Below are positions 25,407-37,220 of a stretch of DNA of 64,000 nucleotides, piece after piece. Origin of the DNA: Harriotta raleighana (Eukaryota); assembly GCA_050575255.1 (NCBI GenBank), contig JBNZDD010013683.1:1897455-1961454 (forward strand), in the 5' to 3' direction. Both the position numbers and the translations under genes were made by a program. The notes beneath the pieces were generated by a model. The model ran no database searches and was not told the DNA's origin. It saw only the letters and a list, made by a program, of their open reading frames with translations. Position 1 is the stretch's first letter. Each line of letters starts with the position of its first letter.

Positions 25407-26118
25407 AAAACGGTATTTGAAAAGCATATTCTTTTTCTCCGTTTTCTGAACACTATCCAGTATTTCATTACAGCAGTCATTACCAATACAGTGCTGGTTT
25501 TCATCTCGCCAGTAGTTTCATTGGAGTCCAGCAGCCTGGAGACTCTGAAATAGTTCAGTTGTTCCTTTGGTTCCAGGTCTACCTATGGATATGGCTACCA
25601 GCCAAGGTTCCTTACTTTGAAATCTAGCCACTGGTGTCACTTGTGATTTGAGAACCTTGGGTTGGTTAGTCTTTTAAATCAAACAATTAGTTCTGCTTCT
25701 CCCTTACCTTGATTTTTTTCACATCACCAGTGATGGCTGTGTTGCGCTATCTGAAATGAGAGGAATTGTATTAATTCAGCTGCTTACATAAATCACTGGC
25801 TGCTGGCATGTCAAGAAGCTGTAATTTTTTGCATATCCCAACACAGGACAGTTTTATATTTTCCCTGCTTTGTCAATTTGAAGCGTTTTAATATAAGAAC
25901 CTCACTTACCGATCTGTTTTCTCCTTTTGTCCTGAAAAATATAAAATTTCCAGGTAATTTCCTTAACCCCATTCTGAATGATTGATTGGGGAAATACAAT
26001 CGCTGTGTGATTTTTGTCCTGGAACATTAGGAGACTATAATGTAGAGCCTGTGTTTTACCAACAGAGTTGAGTCTTTTCAGAAGCTAATTTCTTGCATTA
26101 TCCCATTGGTCTTGTTTT

Positions 26119-26412
26119 GTGGAGTCCTGTAGCTCAGAGGTTTGAACACTCACCTTGCAAGCAAGAGACCTGGGATCAATTCCAGGCAAGGAGAAGCCTT
26201 GGGCAACTTTCCTTGCTGCACATGCCTGATAATAATCCCTCAAAAAACAATAATAATTTGTTTACTGTTTGTGGGACGCTGCTGTGCGCAAACGGCTGCT
26301 GTGTTTTGTCCACAAATATACAGTCAATTCACTTTATAGTATAATCTGTGAGGTGCTTTGAGACGTCTAGAAGATATGAATAGCACTATATCAAATGCGA
26401 GGATTGTTATTA
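26119..26412 (+). mobile_element. Young SINE, near full length
   Basis: GTGGAGTCCTGTAGCTCAGAGG...TATCAAATGCGAGGATTGTTATT. Confidence 0.92.
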
Positions 26413-26925
26413 ACACGCCCCAGTTTTATTGTGCAGTCTGTGATCATGCAGACTAGCTCTATAGGATACCATCCTCACCATCCAAACAGAAGTGTCTTTC
26501 TTTGCTGATTGAGATTCCCTATTTCCCTCGTTTTTTCTTCTTTTCTGATGAGGTACAATTCCATAAAGGCTAACATTTCTCCGCTATCTTCATCTGTGAC
26601 ACACTGATGCGCGTGCTGACAGATTATTTGACATCTTGAGATGTGATACCCCCCACATTGAGATTTGCCAGCAGAGATTACTGCACAGCGATCAGACCCA
26701 TCCTTGATTTTATTTCTTCCTTTCTTGCTTGCGTTCCTAGACGGGGGACTCTGAGACCAATTGTGCTCTCCCACTGCTATCGTTGCTGCCTTCAACAACA
26801 TTTGTTCTTTTTGAAAATGTTGTATATGTCCCACCAGAGAGAGCAGTCTCCTACCTCCACCTCCCTCAGAAGAATCTCCTGCTATGGAGTCTGATGAGTT
26901 TTCATTTACCAAATGGTTTCTTGTT

Positions 26926-27124
26926 GTGGAGTTCTGCAACTCAGTGGTTAGAGCACTCAGCTTACAAGCGTGAGACCTGTGTTTGAATCCAGGCAGTGCA
27001 GGAAACTGTATTTCGCCTACAAATATATAGTCAATTCACTTTCCAGTGTATTCTGTGAAGCATTTTGAGACGTCTGGAAGACGGGAAAAGCGCTATGTCA
27101 AATGCAAGGATTATTATTATTATT
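26926..27124 (+). mobile_element. Young SINE with internal deletion
   Basis: Head joins TTTCGCCTACAAATAT; central core absent. Confidence 0.88.
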
Positions 27125-27128
27125 CTTA

Positions 27129-27280
27129 TTGTTGTTCAGGAAATGAATTGTTTTCAATTCATATCTAACCATTTCACCAATTGGTTCCTAAATGATGACT
27201 GTTNCTTGTTGTTCAGGAAATGAATTGTTCTCAATTCATATCTAACCATTTCACCAATTGGTTCCTAAATGATGACTGTT
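27129..27280. other. 75-bp direct duplication flanking a single N (probable assembly overlap)
   Basis: 27129-27203 is repeated at 27206-27280 with one mismatch; N at 27204. Confidence 0.85.
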
Positions 27281-28384
27281 GTGTTGATTATTCATATTTG
27301 GGTTTTCGCAGAGTATAAGTCCTGGGTTAGTTTTTCACACGTTCTATTCCAAACAGCAGCTCCACCTGGGTCTTGGAATGAAGAGCAGGTGTTCCTACTG
27401 TGGAGAAGGAAAACATCAAGAAGTTGAGTTCAATCGCATCTCAAGGCACTCCATTTCATAGCACAAACCCCATCACACGCCTTAGAATAGTGCACAGCAA
27501 TGGGAGAATGTGTTTAAAAAAGGATAAATCTGATACAGATTTTAAAAATCCAAAGTCGGATAGCGCCATTGAATCTCTTGATGAATGTGTATCCTGCTGA
27601 TCTGTTCCATGTGCGCATTTTTGGTTTGAATAACAATTTGCGATTATTCTCATTCATCATTCAACTTGAGCTTTTGTAGCAAATCCTGTTGTGTCCCTCA
27701 AATAATTGATGGTATTACATTTTCCTTCTCTACTTCACCACAAACAGCTGCTTCACAGAGCCAAACTGATTCCATCTTCTGCACTACATACACACACACA
27801 TATACATACATGCAGTCTGTTTTTTCTATTTAGTGAGAGTCTCGGACACTGCTGTGAATTTTGCAGAAATACAGTTTCACTTTACTACTGATAATTGGTG
27901 TCCGGAGACTGTTCAGCCCCACTCTCAATGTCCTGCTTCTCTGGTTTCCTGCTCTTTGAGGAATTCCAATCTGTTTTCCAGCAACAGCTGGTAAATACTG
28001 ATGTTGAAGTGTATCTACTGAAGTATGGTTCCTGCTCTGAAAAGTAGGTAATGGAGTTACTTAAAGAGTAATGAGAGTCTCCGTTACCTGCATTCTACAA
28101 ATCAATCAATTTTGTCCCCTCTGTTCAGTGAGCAGCTTGGAAAATGAAGCAAATTCTCTCAAGCTTTCCTTTCAGCAGAAATTGACGAGTTTTCTGTCCA
28201 AAATGTTTTGTCATCTTGTCGATTGAACGAAAGCTACTGAGGTGATGTAAAAAAAAAAAATTCACCCCATAATGGGTAGCAAAGTTGCAGAAGTTATAAG
28301 ACCACAAGAAAATGGGGTCTACAAAATGCTGGATAAGTTCCTCAGGTTGCAAAGGAACCTGGTAAAGGCTTTGTCCAATGCACG

Positions 28385-28960
28385 TCATTGTCCTGTAACC
28401 AGAAAGGTTCTGGTGGGGCTGATCAGCTCGGATTGTCATAGATGTGCTCCAACTGGCCATAATGCGCTTGGTCAAGAGAGGTTCAAGATCAGCCAGGATT
28501 GTCATTCTTGCTCACTGTCCAATGATTCTTGCTAGTAAGCTCCTGTAGCTCAGTGTTTAGAGCACTCGCCTTACAAGTGTGAAACCTGTGTTCGAATCCA
28601 GGTAGGTCAGGGCGAAACATTGGGCAAGTTTCCTTACTCCACACGCCTAATATTAATCCATCCAAAAAAAAACCACAATAATAACATTTGTTATTTCAAG
28701 CCACGATTGTTTGTGGGACCCTGCTATTGTGCGCTATTGGCTGCCCCGTTTCACCCACAAATATACAGTCAATTCACTTTACAGTATATTCTGTGAAGCG
28801 CTTTGAGATGTGAACAGCGCTATATCAAATACAAGGATTATTATTATTAAATGTGGATTGTAAGTACCCCAAGCTCGCGCAAAGAAGAATGGCCACTTGG
28901 CCTAGGTATGGAGGATGGCAGCTGGAGTCTGTGAAACTGCTTGGCAATGTGAATTGTCTC
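28385..28960 (+). mobile_element. Ancient SINE family B split by a young SINE
   Basis: 5' part ACTGGCC..AAGATCAGCCAGGATT..CACTGTCCAATGA lies before 28540; 3' part GAAGAATGGCCACTTGGCCTAGGTATGGAGG lies after 28850. Confidence 0.55.
28541..28848 (+). mobile_element. Young SINE, near full length, Pol III A/B boxes present
   Basis: TAGCTCAGTG (A box), GTTCGAATCC (B box), core and (ATT)n tail. Confidence 0.93.
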
Positions 28961-29090
28961 CATGCATGGGTTCTGCAGCTCAAGTAAGTCATTCATTAGG
29001 TTATGGTGGTGTGCTCAGTGAGTCAGAATGAATTTCTGTGCCAAACTTTTTCTCTGTCCGTCAAACATCAGTCACATGAACTTGATTGTT

Positions 29091-29620
29091 TGTCAGTGTT
29101 AGAGATCAGGATATCTCTTTAATTTAGTCAGGAAATAAGGTTACAGCCAGCCTCTATTCCTTCTTAACACAGGATCTTTATTTGAACAAACCCGTTAGGG
29201 CGACAGTTGTGTTAGACACGTAAACTCCCGAATATAACACAGTGAATACAATGAGAATATACTACCCGGTCGGGGTCCGGACGGGCGACTGCTCCGCGAT
29301 TGATGCCGGTTTTCTGTGTACTACTGTTTCTCACAGCTCTTCCATCTGCCGAACATACTTCTTCTCTTCTTCTTTGTCTCTTATATCTTTCTGTTGTCCA
29401 CGCGTATGTCTTCCCCCCTTTGATCAGGCGGTGTTCACGAGCCAGACGTCTGGCTTGGGGTCAATAGTCCATTTGCACTTGGTTCACTTCCCTTATCTCC
29501 ATCACCCCCTCACATTACTCAGTCTGGACAAGAATCCAGAACCTTTGTTCACAGACGATGGCTTGACTTCAGATGTCTGGACTTCCTGTGAGCTGACACT
29601 CGCCAGCTCGACCTGACCAC
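29091..29620 (-). mobile_element. Possible solo LTR
   Basis: Locally CpG-rich ~520 bp. The minus strand has ATATAA (29381-29386) about 200 nt upstream of AATAAA (29177-29182). TGTCAG...CTGACA inverted 6-mers at 29091 and 29593. No TSD found. Confidence 0.35.
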
Positions 29621-29933
29621 TGGAGTTTCATCGATGGCACTTTGTTCATTGCTGCTGTTTTCTATTGTACAAAGAGATTCTTGTGTAATGCTGGTACAGG
29701 TGTGCAGTTTGAATGTGCACCTGAAAGTTCTTAAGCTCATTGATTTGAAAGCACCAGTGATGTTAATGGTAGTTTGTGGTGATATTTGTCCTTTTTATTA
29801 TCTCTTCTCAACTTTGTAATACCCTTCAGTCACACTAATGAAAGGGTGCGTCTCAGTCTCTCTTAATGACTCCATAATCAGCTCCAGGAAAATCCATGGG
29901 GGTGAGTCCATGTGATACTATTGGTTCAACTCC

Positions 29934-30166
29934 TTTCACTCTTTATCCTAATGGCTCATGGAAGCCCGCCTAGTTATGTGCAAACATTTACCATAGCGCA
30001 ATGCGGGACAGACTGTCGGAATGCCACCAGCCTGGTGTGGAAACGTCNGATTGTTTCACTCTTATCCTAATGGCTCATGGAAGCCCGCCTAGTTATGTGC
30101 AAACATTTACCGTAGCGCAATGCGGGACAGACTGTCGGAATGCCACCAGCCTGGTGTGGAAACGTC
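29934..30166. other. ~113-bp direct duplication flanking a single N (probable assembly overlap)
   Basis: 29934-30047 is repeated at 30054-30166 with 2 differences; N at 30048. Confidence 0.85.
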
Positions 30167-31739
30167 TGTATTTTTATTGCTTGTTATAAACAGAACCATC
30201 AGAAGCATGCAGGCAATTCATATTTAAAAATTCAGAAAATGCACAGATAGGGGACTGTGGGTCTTGGGATTCAGATGAGTTGGAACACCTGCAATGAATC
30301 AGATTTACTTTGTAGATAAATCTCTCTTCCCATCCTGTTCAGATTCTCGGTGTCGGGTATTATATTACCAACAGAATAAGGCCTGACAGAGACAGGATCT
30401 CTATTGTTTGATTTCTAAAACATAGAAAAAGTTGTTTCAAAAAGTTTACATCGCCAAAGATTTCTTAGAATTAAAAGATGTGTAAATTGGTGCTGCAAAG
30501 TTGGTCGACCTCATGTACTTGTGCTAAAATGTAGCCCGTGAAATTTAGGTCTAAGCTGTCTCTCTTCAACCCAGAACGGGTTTAAAAGTTTGAGTGATTT
30601 TTTCATGTAAGCAAAAATAACATTTCATGCTATCCATGGCACATTAATGTGCTGTCTCCTGTTACAGAGCGTGTTGACACACTTTTGACACGGTGATGGA
30701 AAATGACATGGTGCGGTCTTGCATTCTACAATACCTGCTTTTGTAGACACTCAGCTGCTGGCTTGCAAGACGCCCTTGCATTTTGATTTGAAGGAGAGTT
30801 GGAGGACGCGTCAAACGTGCAGCATTTTAGCAACGAAAAGGCCCACACCAGTAGTAAATGTGTGCACTCATGGGAAGGAAGCTACCGCAGTGAGTGAGGG
30901 ACAAAGCGGTTGTTGAGGGTGTCAAACTACAACTAGTTCCACATGTCTGTATTTCTACCCTATAAGAGTAACTCTTTACCTGAGTTTGAGGACAAAGTAT
31001 TATAGGAATCACAAGTTTTTTAAAAAATGTTGCCATGTTTTCTGGATCTTGTCCATTGCAGTATGATTGGATTCTTTCAAGCTAATTTTGCAAATAAATA
31101 AATGGTTCGTTCAAACCCGTTTATTGTGAACTTGGATTCCGCAAAACTACTTCTGTAACAGAGGCAAAGAATTATACCAAACCCTTCCCTGAATTCAATG
31201 ACGCTCCTGTTACACCCAAACAATTTAGGGTTTATAGAGGAAAATCTGAATGCTAATCTTTAGCCTAAAAGAAGCTATGAAATGTGCTTCCAAGTCAATC
31301 ATCGTCCACCAAATCATTAGTTGTGCATTACTGAATTCATTTCACTTTAAAATATTAATTGTTAAGCAGCTACAAGGAACGGTCAGTTAATCGCAGAAGC
31401 AGAGATATTTATGTAAAGCAGTGTTAGGCAGAGAATGAATTAATCTTTCTATCAAGGTAGAAAGGCGAGCTCTTTCAAACTGAGTTAAGTTACCGTGACT
31501 GAAGTGGTACTGCTGCTAATGTTTCATTGAACTCAGTAACTCCAAATCATCCAAACTCATTGAGGTGGTAATGTTTTTAGCAGACTTACTACATTCAGCA
31601 TATTTACTATGACATGGATAAAACTATTTTCCTTTTATTCTCCTTTAACTTGGTCTTGGGCCGGGTCCCTTCATTCAATGTTACAGTTTTTACTTCTCTT
31701 TTCCTGCCACATCCCAACGTGTTCAGTGAGTTAAAACTT

Positions 31740-32018
31740 AATAATAATCCTTGCATTTGATGTAGCGCTTTTCACATCTTCTAGCCTCAAAGCTCTTCAC
31801 AAAAATATACCGTAAGGTGAATTGACTGCTGTATATTTGTGGGCACATCAGTATCCCATAAACTGTCGTGGATTGAAATGGCCAATTTATTTTTCCTGAG
31901 GGATTATTATCAGTCGTGTGGAGCAAGGAAGCTTGCCAAAGGTTTTGCCCTGCTGGGAATCGAACCCAGGTCTCTCGCTTGTAAGGCGAGTGCTCTAACC
32001 ACTGAGCTCCAGGACTCC
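31740..32018 (-). mobile_element. Young SINE
   Basis: Head GGAGTCCTGGAGCTCAGTGGTTAGAGCACTCGCCTTACAAGCGAGAGACCTGGGTTCGATTCCC, core and tail. Confidence 0.92.
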
Positions 32019-32199
32019 CAACAGTTGGGGAGGGAGGAAATCTCTGACACTGTTTAGTCTCTAAAGAACAGCTTGGCAAAGAGTTTAAGAGTTTCAATCT
32101 AAGGGATTGCTGTATGTTTTACACCAACTTCTCAGTCGTGGTTTTGCGATTATTATTAGAAAAACAACAAAAACTCCTGTAGAGTAGCTTTTGCTTTCT

Positions 32200-32500
32200 T
32201 CTTATTGCTAGTCGAGCGAGGGGATAGATTGCCTGTTCCGACGCAGCAACAGTTAATTTTAATCACTTTGTGGCTGCAAAATAATAACTCCTTTCATTAT
32301 GTACCGCATTTGGTTTTAAATCTATCCGAGCAGCGTCGGAGGATTTTGTTTTGCTTTAAACCCTCGTAGTCGATGGAAATGAAAAGGGATTTCATTCCAG
32401 ACTCTTGCCTTTTTTGTTCGGCTTTCTCCCCTACAGTGCATTGTGGGAGAATCTTCCCCTCCGCACGCATTGTGGGAACGTACAAGGGAGCACTCATCGT
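32200..32500. promoter_or_regulatory. CpG-retaining block with two ZNF143(Staf)/RBPJ-like sites
   Basis: TGCATTGTGGGAGA (32437-32450) and CGCATTGTGGGAACGTA (32466-32482), i.e. TCCCACAATGC on the minus strand. Confidence 0.4.
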
Positions 32501-32779
32501 TGGTGACAAATCAATAGAGTCTTCAGAAACCGCCACCCCAGGCTCCCATCTGGTAGAGCAGCAAATCAGTGGGAATATTTGGAAACAGATAATGAATGGC
32601 AACAGAGATGTGACTTGCTGACTGGGGTGTTGGGATCGAGCAGCTGAGAGGGTCTATTATTCCACTCTCTTACCCTGCAGTTTTGTTTCCAGATAGGAAA
32701 GCTTCAGCTACTTTTGATTTACTTTTTCAGTACATGGAAATGAAGTTGACTGCTGTGCTGGCTGAACAAAGCAAAGCTA

Positions 32780-32823
32780 GTGTGTGTATGTGTGTGGTTG
32801 TGTGTGTGTGCGTGTGTGCGTGT
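32780..32823. repeat. Imperfect (GT)n microsatellite
   Basis: Seen directly. Confidence 0.9.
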
Positions 32824-33181
32824 TGTCTCCTTCCCTGGAGTCGATGATTGCGCTCAGAATTAAACCCAAAACCCCCCGTGTAAACCCATCTGATGTAAAA
32901 ATGATTATTTTAAAACAGTAAATAGTACAGCAACCTCGTCATTTTCTTGGGAATTTTACAAGCTGCTAATGAAGGGGGAATTAATGCAAGGCTCTGCTGT
33001 TTCTCACAGTGTTTGATCTGTCGCCTGGAATTGAGGACTTGTTCATGTGTTGGGTTCTCCAGGAGCAGTACAGGAGCAAGCCTGGGCTTTGTACCACTGA
33101 GCGTTCCCTCAAATAGGTTTGCTTCTGAGCTGCAAGGCTATGAGCACAGCAGGAAAATACAATCACAATCAAGATTGTAGC

Positions 33182-33508
33182 ATAATAATAATAATACTAA
33201 TCCTTGCATTTGAGGTAGCGCTTTTCACGTCTTCTAGACGCCTCAAAGTGCTTCACAGAATATGCAGTAAAGTGAGTTGACTGTATATTCGTGGGCAAAA
33301 TGTGGCAGCCAATTGCGCACAGCAGTGTCCCACAAACAGTCGTGGATTGAAATGACCAATTTATTCTAGTTTTTTTTTAATGGATTATTATTAGACGTGT
33401 GGAGCAAGGAAACTTGCCCAAGGTTTTGCCCAAGATCTGCCTGGATTCGAAACACAGGTCTCACGCTTGGAAGACGAGTGCTCTAACCACTGAACCACAG
33501 GACTCCAC
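33182..33508 (-). mobile_element. Young SINE, full length
   Basis: Runs from the GTGGAGTCC head to the (ATT)n tail; hairpin GCGTCTAGAAGACGTGAAAAGCGCT. Confidence 0.93.
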
Positions 33509-34009
33509 ATTAAGAGTGAGAAACAACTTCCGTTTTAATCACTACTTGTTGCGTCAACACCATATTTCGGCCACAAAATCTAGAGTCAATTTACGGTGGA
33601 GTAGTCTTAAGACTTTGCAACGACGTGATAAGGCACTATATCAAATGTAAGGTTCATTATTATGCTTTGCGCAGTTTAAAAAATATATGTGTTGGCCAAG
33701 AGAGCAACCATTTTGTATTTGGCTTAGTTTTCCAAATAGCCAGCTCACTATTTTCAGTCTCTGTATTAAAAATGTACGAAGTACATGAAGTGTGTGCACC
33801 TTCTGTGGTGCTACAGGGTGTTTGCGAGAGGTTTATTCTGCACCGTTAAGCAGCTGAGGCTGACTGAACAGCCCTGCTTAGCTGATAAACACTGCTATGA
33901 AGTAAAAAGAAATGCGACTAGATTTTGGCCTCAACTGTGCTGCTGTCATGGAAACTTTATGAAGTAATTGGTTAACCCCATAAAAGGCTACATTTTTCTA
34001 TTACATAGT

Positions 34010-34205
34010 ACTGGTAAAACATTTTGAGATGTCTAAATAACATGATGAAATGCTATATCAAATGCAAGGATTATTACTATAGAAGTAATAATGATAAAAA
34101 TAAACCTTGCATTTGATATGGTGCCTTTCATGTCTTCTAGATGTCTGAAAGTGCTTCACAGAATATACTGTAAAGTGAATTTTTTCTGTATGTTTGTGGG
34201 CGAAG
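34010..34205. mobile_element. Two young SINE tails in tail-to-tail inverted orientation
   Basis: Plus-strand tail at 34010-34080 (TTTGAGATGTCTA..TATCAAATGCAAGG) and minus-strand tail at 34087-34205 (CCTTGCATTTGATAT..CTAGATGTCT). Confidence 0.85.
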
Positions 34206-35039
34206 TGGAGGAAAATTGAGCAGCAGCTTGGGGTGGGGGAATGATGGGGATTAGAGCATGAATCAGCACTCAATAGGATAGTTTTTAAATCAGACTATCA
34301 CCCACTTCCCTCCTGCATACAAAGTGGTTTACGCTTGTGTGGCTGAAAACTTATGAATTGAATTATTCAGATTTTCAAACAAATTATGCTGTTTATTTGA
34401 GAGCCATGAAATGCAGTGCAAAATGATCCAGCTCAGCAATACAGCACTGATGTTCAGAGCCCTGGGATAAGCGATGAAATGAGACTGCATGCAGCACCTT
34501 TCTGTGCAAAATCAGAGAGAAATAAAGAGTCGAGACTCGCCATTTCTTAATGCTTTTTCACAGGCAGCTGTAGTTTTGTCTCACAGCAGCGTGGTCAGGA
34601 TTGGGAGCTTGGCTTAACAACCGAGTCTAAACTCAGTTTTACCCTCCACGGCAATTCAGCATACATTGCCTGTGGTTTGGTTAGAATTGAATCACTTAAC
34701 TCCCAACACATTTTACTGGAAAGGTCATTCCATCTCATAAAATGTTTAGTGCTTGAAAAATTGCCAACTTGCGTTGATTTGGCGTTCAAGTTGCAAGGAG
34801 TTAATGACACTTGCACTTTGCATAAAATTGGCTGCATATGACTGGGGAGGTTGGTTTAACAGCTTGCCCCACAGGTAGAGAGAAGGGTGATATTTTCATA
34901 CTGTGTCAGCTGTGGCATGTGCGTTGCTTTTCACAATTGTTGCAGTATGCGGCCTATTTCATTTGCCTGGGAAGTACTGAGGTCTTCATATTTTAGCCTG
35001 TCCTGAGGACAGTCTGTTTTTATTAAGTTGTGCCCTAAT

Positions 35040-35232
35040 CTGTTTGAAAGGAGAAGAAAGTTGCTCCTGTTGTCCAGGTCCACATTCCGTCGGGTAAAAT
35101 GCGTCATTCGCTTCACAGCTGTTTGCGCGATGTTGCTCTGCGGAAATCGGCCGTCATGTTCGCCTGCAAAAACACACGGTCACTACACTTTACAGTAAAA
35201 ATATTGCTAAATGATTTGAAATGTTGTGATGT
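35040..35232 (+). mobile_element. Old Deu-type SINE 3' part
   Basis: GCTGTTTGCGCGATGTTGCTCTGCGGAAATCGGCCG..CGGTCACTACACTTTACAGTA aligns with the SINE core. Confidence 0.6.
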
Positions 35233-35539
35233 GATCCGTGGCTGCGTCCGCACTGTTGATTGCGATTGAACTTTTTTTCTGAGAAACCTCGATGAAGGCT
35301 CAACATTTTGTGCTGTTAAGTGCTGTTGCTGCTCTATGCATTATTTTCAATATATTGCACGTCTTTACACATTTCAGATTATTCTCCCTGTATGGTTCCC
35401 CTCCCTTCACGCAGTATGCCTCATACTGTATGATGCTGTAATGTTTAAAACATCACATTTTTCAATGAAAGTTAGTTAAATCTGAATTTGTTTGCTTGGC
35501 TGCCTCTGCCATTGTGTTTCTCTGTGTGTTTTGTGGCTG

Positions 35540-35840
35540 TGTAGTATTAAAGGTGGCCGAGGCAGAGAGAGGTATTAAATATTTTATTGCGATCAGCTGG
35601 AGGTTGGCCTGGCAGAACTGGTGAAAGCTGTCTGACGGATTCTGCACTCAGATTGTGACAGGTCTGGGCTGTCCACATCTGTCACTTTTATTTGCACTGG
35701 GAGGACAATGTGTACGATTTCTTCTTTAATGAGTCTGATCCTGACAATGTCTAATATAAAGCGCCTATAAAAATGCTGCAGTTTGAATCCTCCTTGACTT
35801 AAAGGTGATTGATTGCTCCTTAAAGAATTTAATTTCACTT
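35540..35840. promoter_or_regulatory. Candidate conserved non-coding element
   Basis: Repeat-free; CAGCTG/CATCTG E-boxes, TGACAG/CTGTCA (Meis), ACAATG (Sox), TGATTGAT (Pbx) and TTTTATT (posterior Hox/Cdx). Confidence 0.35.
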
Positions 35841-36129
35841 ACAAAATCCCCGGTTACACTTTCTGATATTTATTCTTTATTTTCAATTACACTGTAAAGT
35901 GGATGGTGGTGGGTGGGGCGGGGGGGGTAGGCGTAATGAGGAGGATTGAGACAAGTAGCTGCTCTCAGCATAAATACAATTGTTCACATTCGGGGAGGCT
36001 TGGCATTATAATACAGACCTTAAATAATATTAATCCTTTGCATCTGCTAAACCATATTCACATCAGAATTGAGTCTCAATGCACTCCGTAAGATTGATTT
36101 ACTGTAAACTGCAGTGTGTGTGTGTGTGT

Positions 36130-36455
36130 ATTTTGTAGTGAACACGGCAGCAATGTGCACATAGCAATGGCCCACAAACAGCCATGGCAATGAATGATCA
36201 ATGTTTTCAGATGGGAGGGATTGATAGCCGGGAGAATTTTGCCTCTCTTGAATAACGCCATGGGATCTTTCAAGTTCACCTGACCAGGCAGACGGGAGCT
36301 TGATTTAATATCTCATCCGAAGGACACCATCTCCAGCAAGGTGGCACTCCCCTCGGACTGTAGTGTCTACAAAGTCTTATCAGTTTAAAGTTCCGACTTG
36401 GGACTTGAACTCGCAATCTTCTGACTCCCAAGGCGAGAATGCTACCGAGTGAGCT
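36130..36455 (-). mobile_element. Old Deu-domain SINE
   Basis: Minus strand GAGTCAGAAGATTGCGAGTTCAAGTCCCA..CCTTCGGATGAGATATTAAATCAAGCTCCCGTCTGCCTGGTCAGGTGAACTTGAAAGATCCCATGGCG. Confidence 0.85.
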
Positions 36456-36827
36456 CGACTGACCTTGCATTTGAAAGGAAAACAGAATTTAATCAATTTG
36501 CTGCTGTTAATGGCTTGGTGGGCAGCTTGTATTTACTCAGCTCAGCGTTGGTAGTGACATTTCTATGTGAGCATTCAGGACGAAATGACCATTTAATCTC
36601 CGTTGAGGCCGATAATGTGGACACATTCTTTGCAGGCAAGGTGCTAGGCAAACGGAAGTGTTAAGATAATCAGAGGAAAATTCACTAAATAATGAGATCA
36701 ATATGGTTTCAAAATATGTTACTGCTAAATAAGAGAGAAAAACAATATTTGTGGTTGCTAGGCACTGCTTCTCATTACTGGAGGGAGGGAGGGCAGTGAA
36801 GGGTAACTGCGGTGATTACTGGACTCA

Positions 36828-37182
36828 GATTCATGAGATACAATGACAGATTGAAGGAGATGAAGCCACTTTCCTCAGAGAGAGAAAAAGGTTAAAGGAC
36901 AAAACATGATACAAGCGCTTAAATTGTCATGATAGATTGAAAACATTTAGGTGAATAAATCTCTCTGGAATAAATACCCCCTCCACAGCATTTCTGTACG
37001 GGTGGGGAATTACATCCATGTTCAATGAGGCAAATACACGGAAAGACGTCATTTTAGAGGGATACGTGGAGGGTGGAACAGGAGAGAAAATAAAATAATT
37101 TTGTATAAGTAATCTGGTTAGAGTGTAACAGGCTTGATGAGCCAAGAGGACATTGCTTATTCCTGAATATTTCCTGTATTTC
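36828..37182 (+). mobile_element. Old CR1 3' end, interrupted
   Basis: MRYNDRLKEMKPLSSER.. resembles CR1 YEERLKELxLFSLERR; tail GGCTTGATGAGCCAAGAGG..TTCCTGTATTTC. Confidence 0.55.
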
Positions 37183-37220
37183 GTGTATTTGCCTTATTGA
37201 ACATGGATGTAATTTCCCCA
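37003..37220. repeat. ~39-bp near-perfect inverted repeat, ~140-bp spacer
   Basis: TGGGGAATTACATCCATGTTCAATGAGGCAAATACACG (37003-37040) versus CGTGTATTTGCCTTATTGAACATGGATGTAATTTCCCCA (37182-37220): 1 mismatch and 1 indel. Confidence 0.9.

Noticed and set aside
26475-26939. 154-aa minus-strand ORF ending at a GTGAGG donor-like site
   Set aside because: Starts inside a SINE; only a vague resemblance to transposon Myb-like proteins.
28125-28535. 126-aa and 87-aa ORFs
   Set aside because: Partly overlap an ancient SINE; no recognisable domain.
28541-28612. tRNA-like sequences (Val/Ala-like anticodon loops) at SINE heads
   Set aside because: They continue into the SINE body and lack a proper acceptor stem, so they are not tRNA genes.
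30747-30889. Candidate exon with TTTTGTAG acceptor and GTGAGT donor
   Set aside because: 143 nt, one open frame with an unrecognisable peptide; such site pairs arise by chance in 64 kb.
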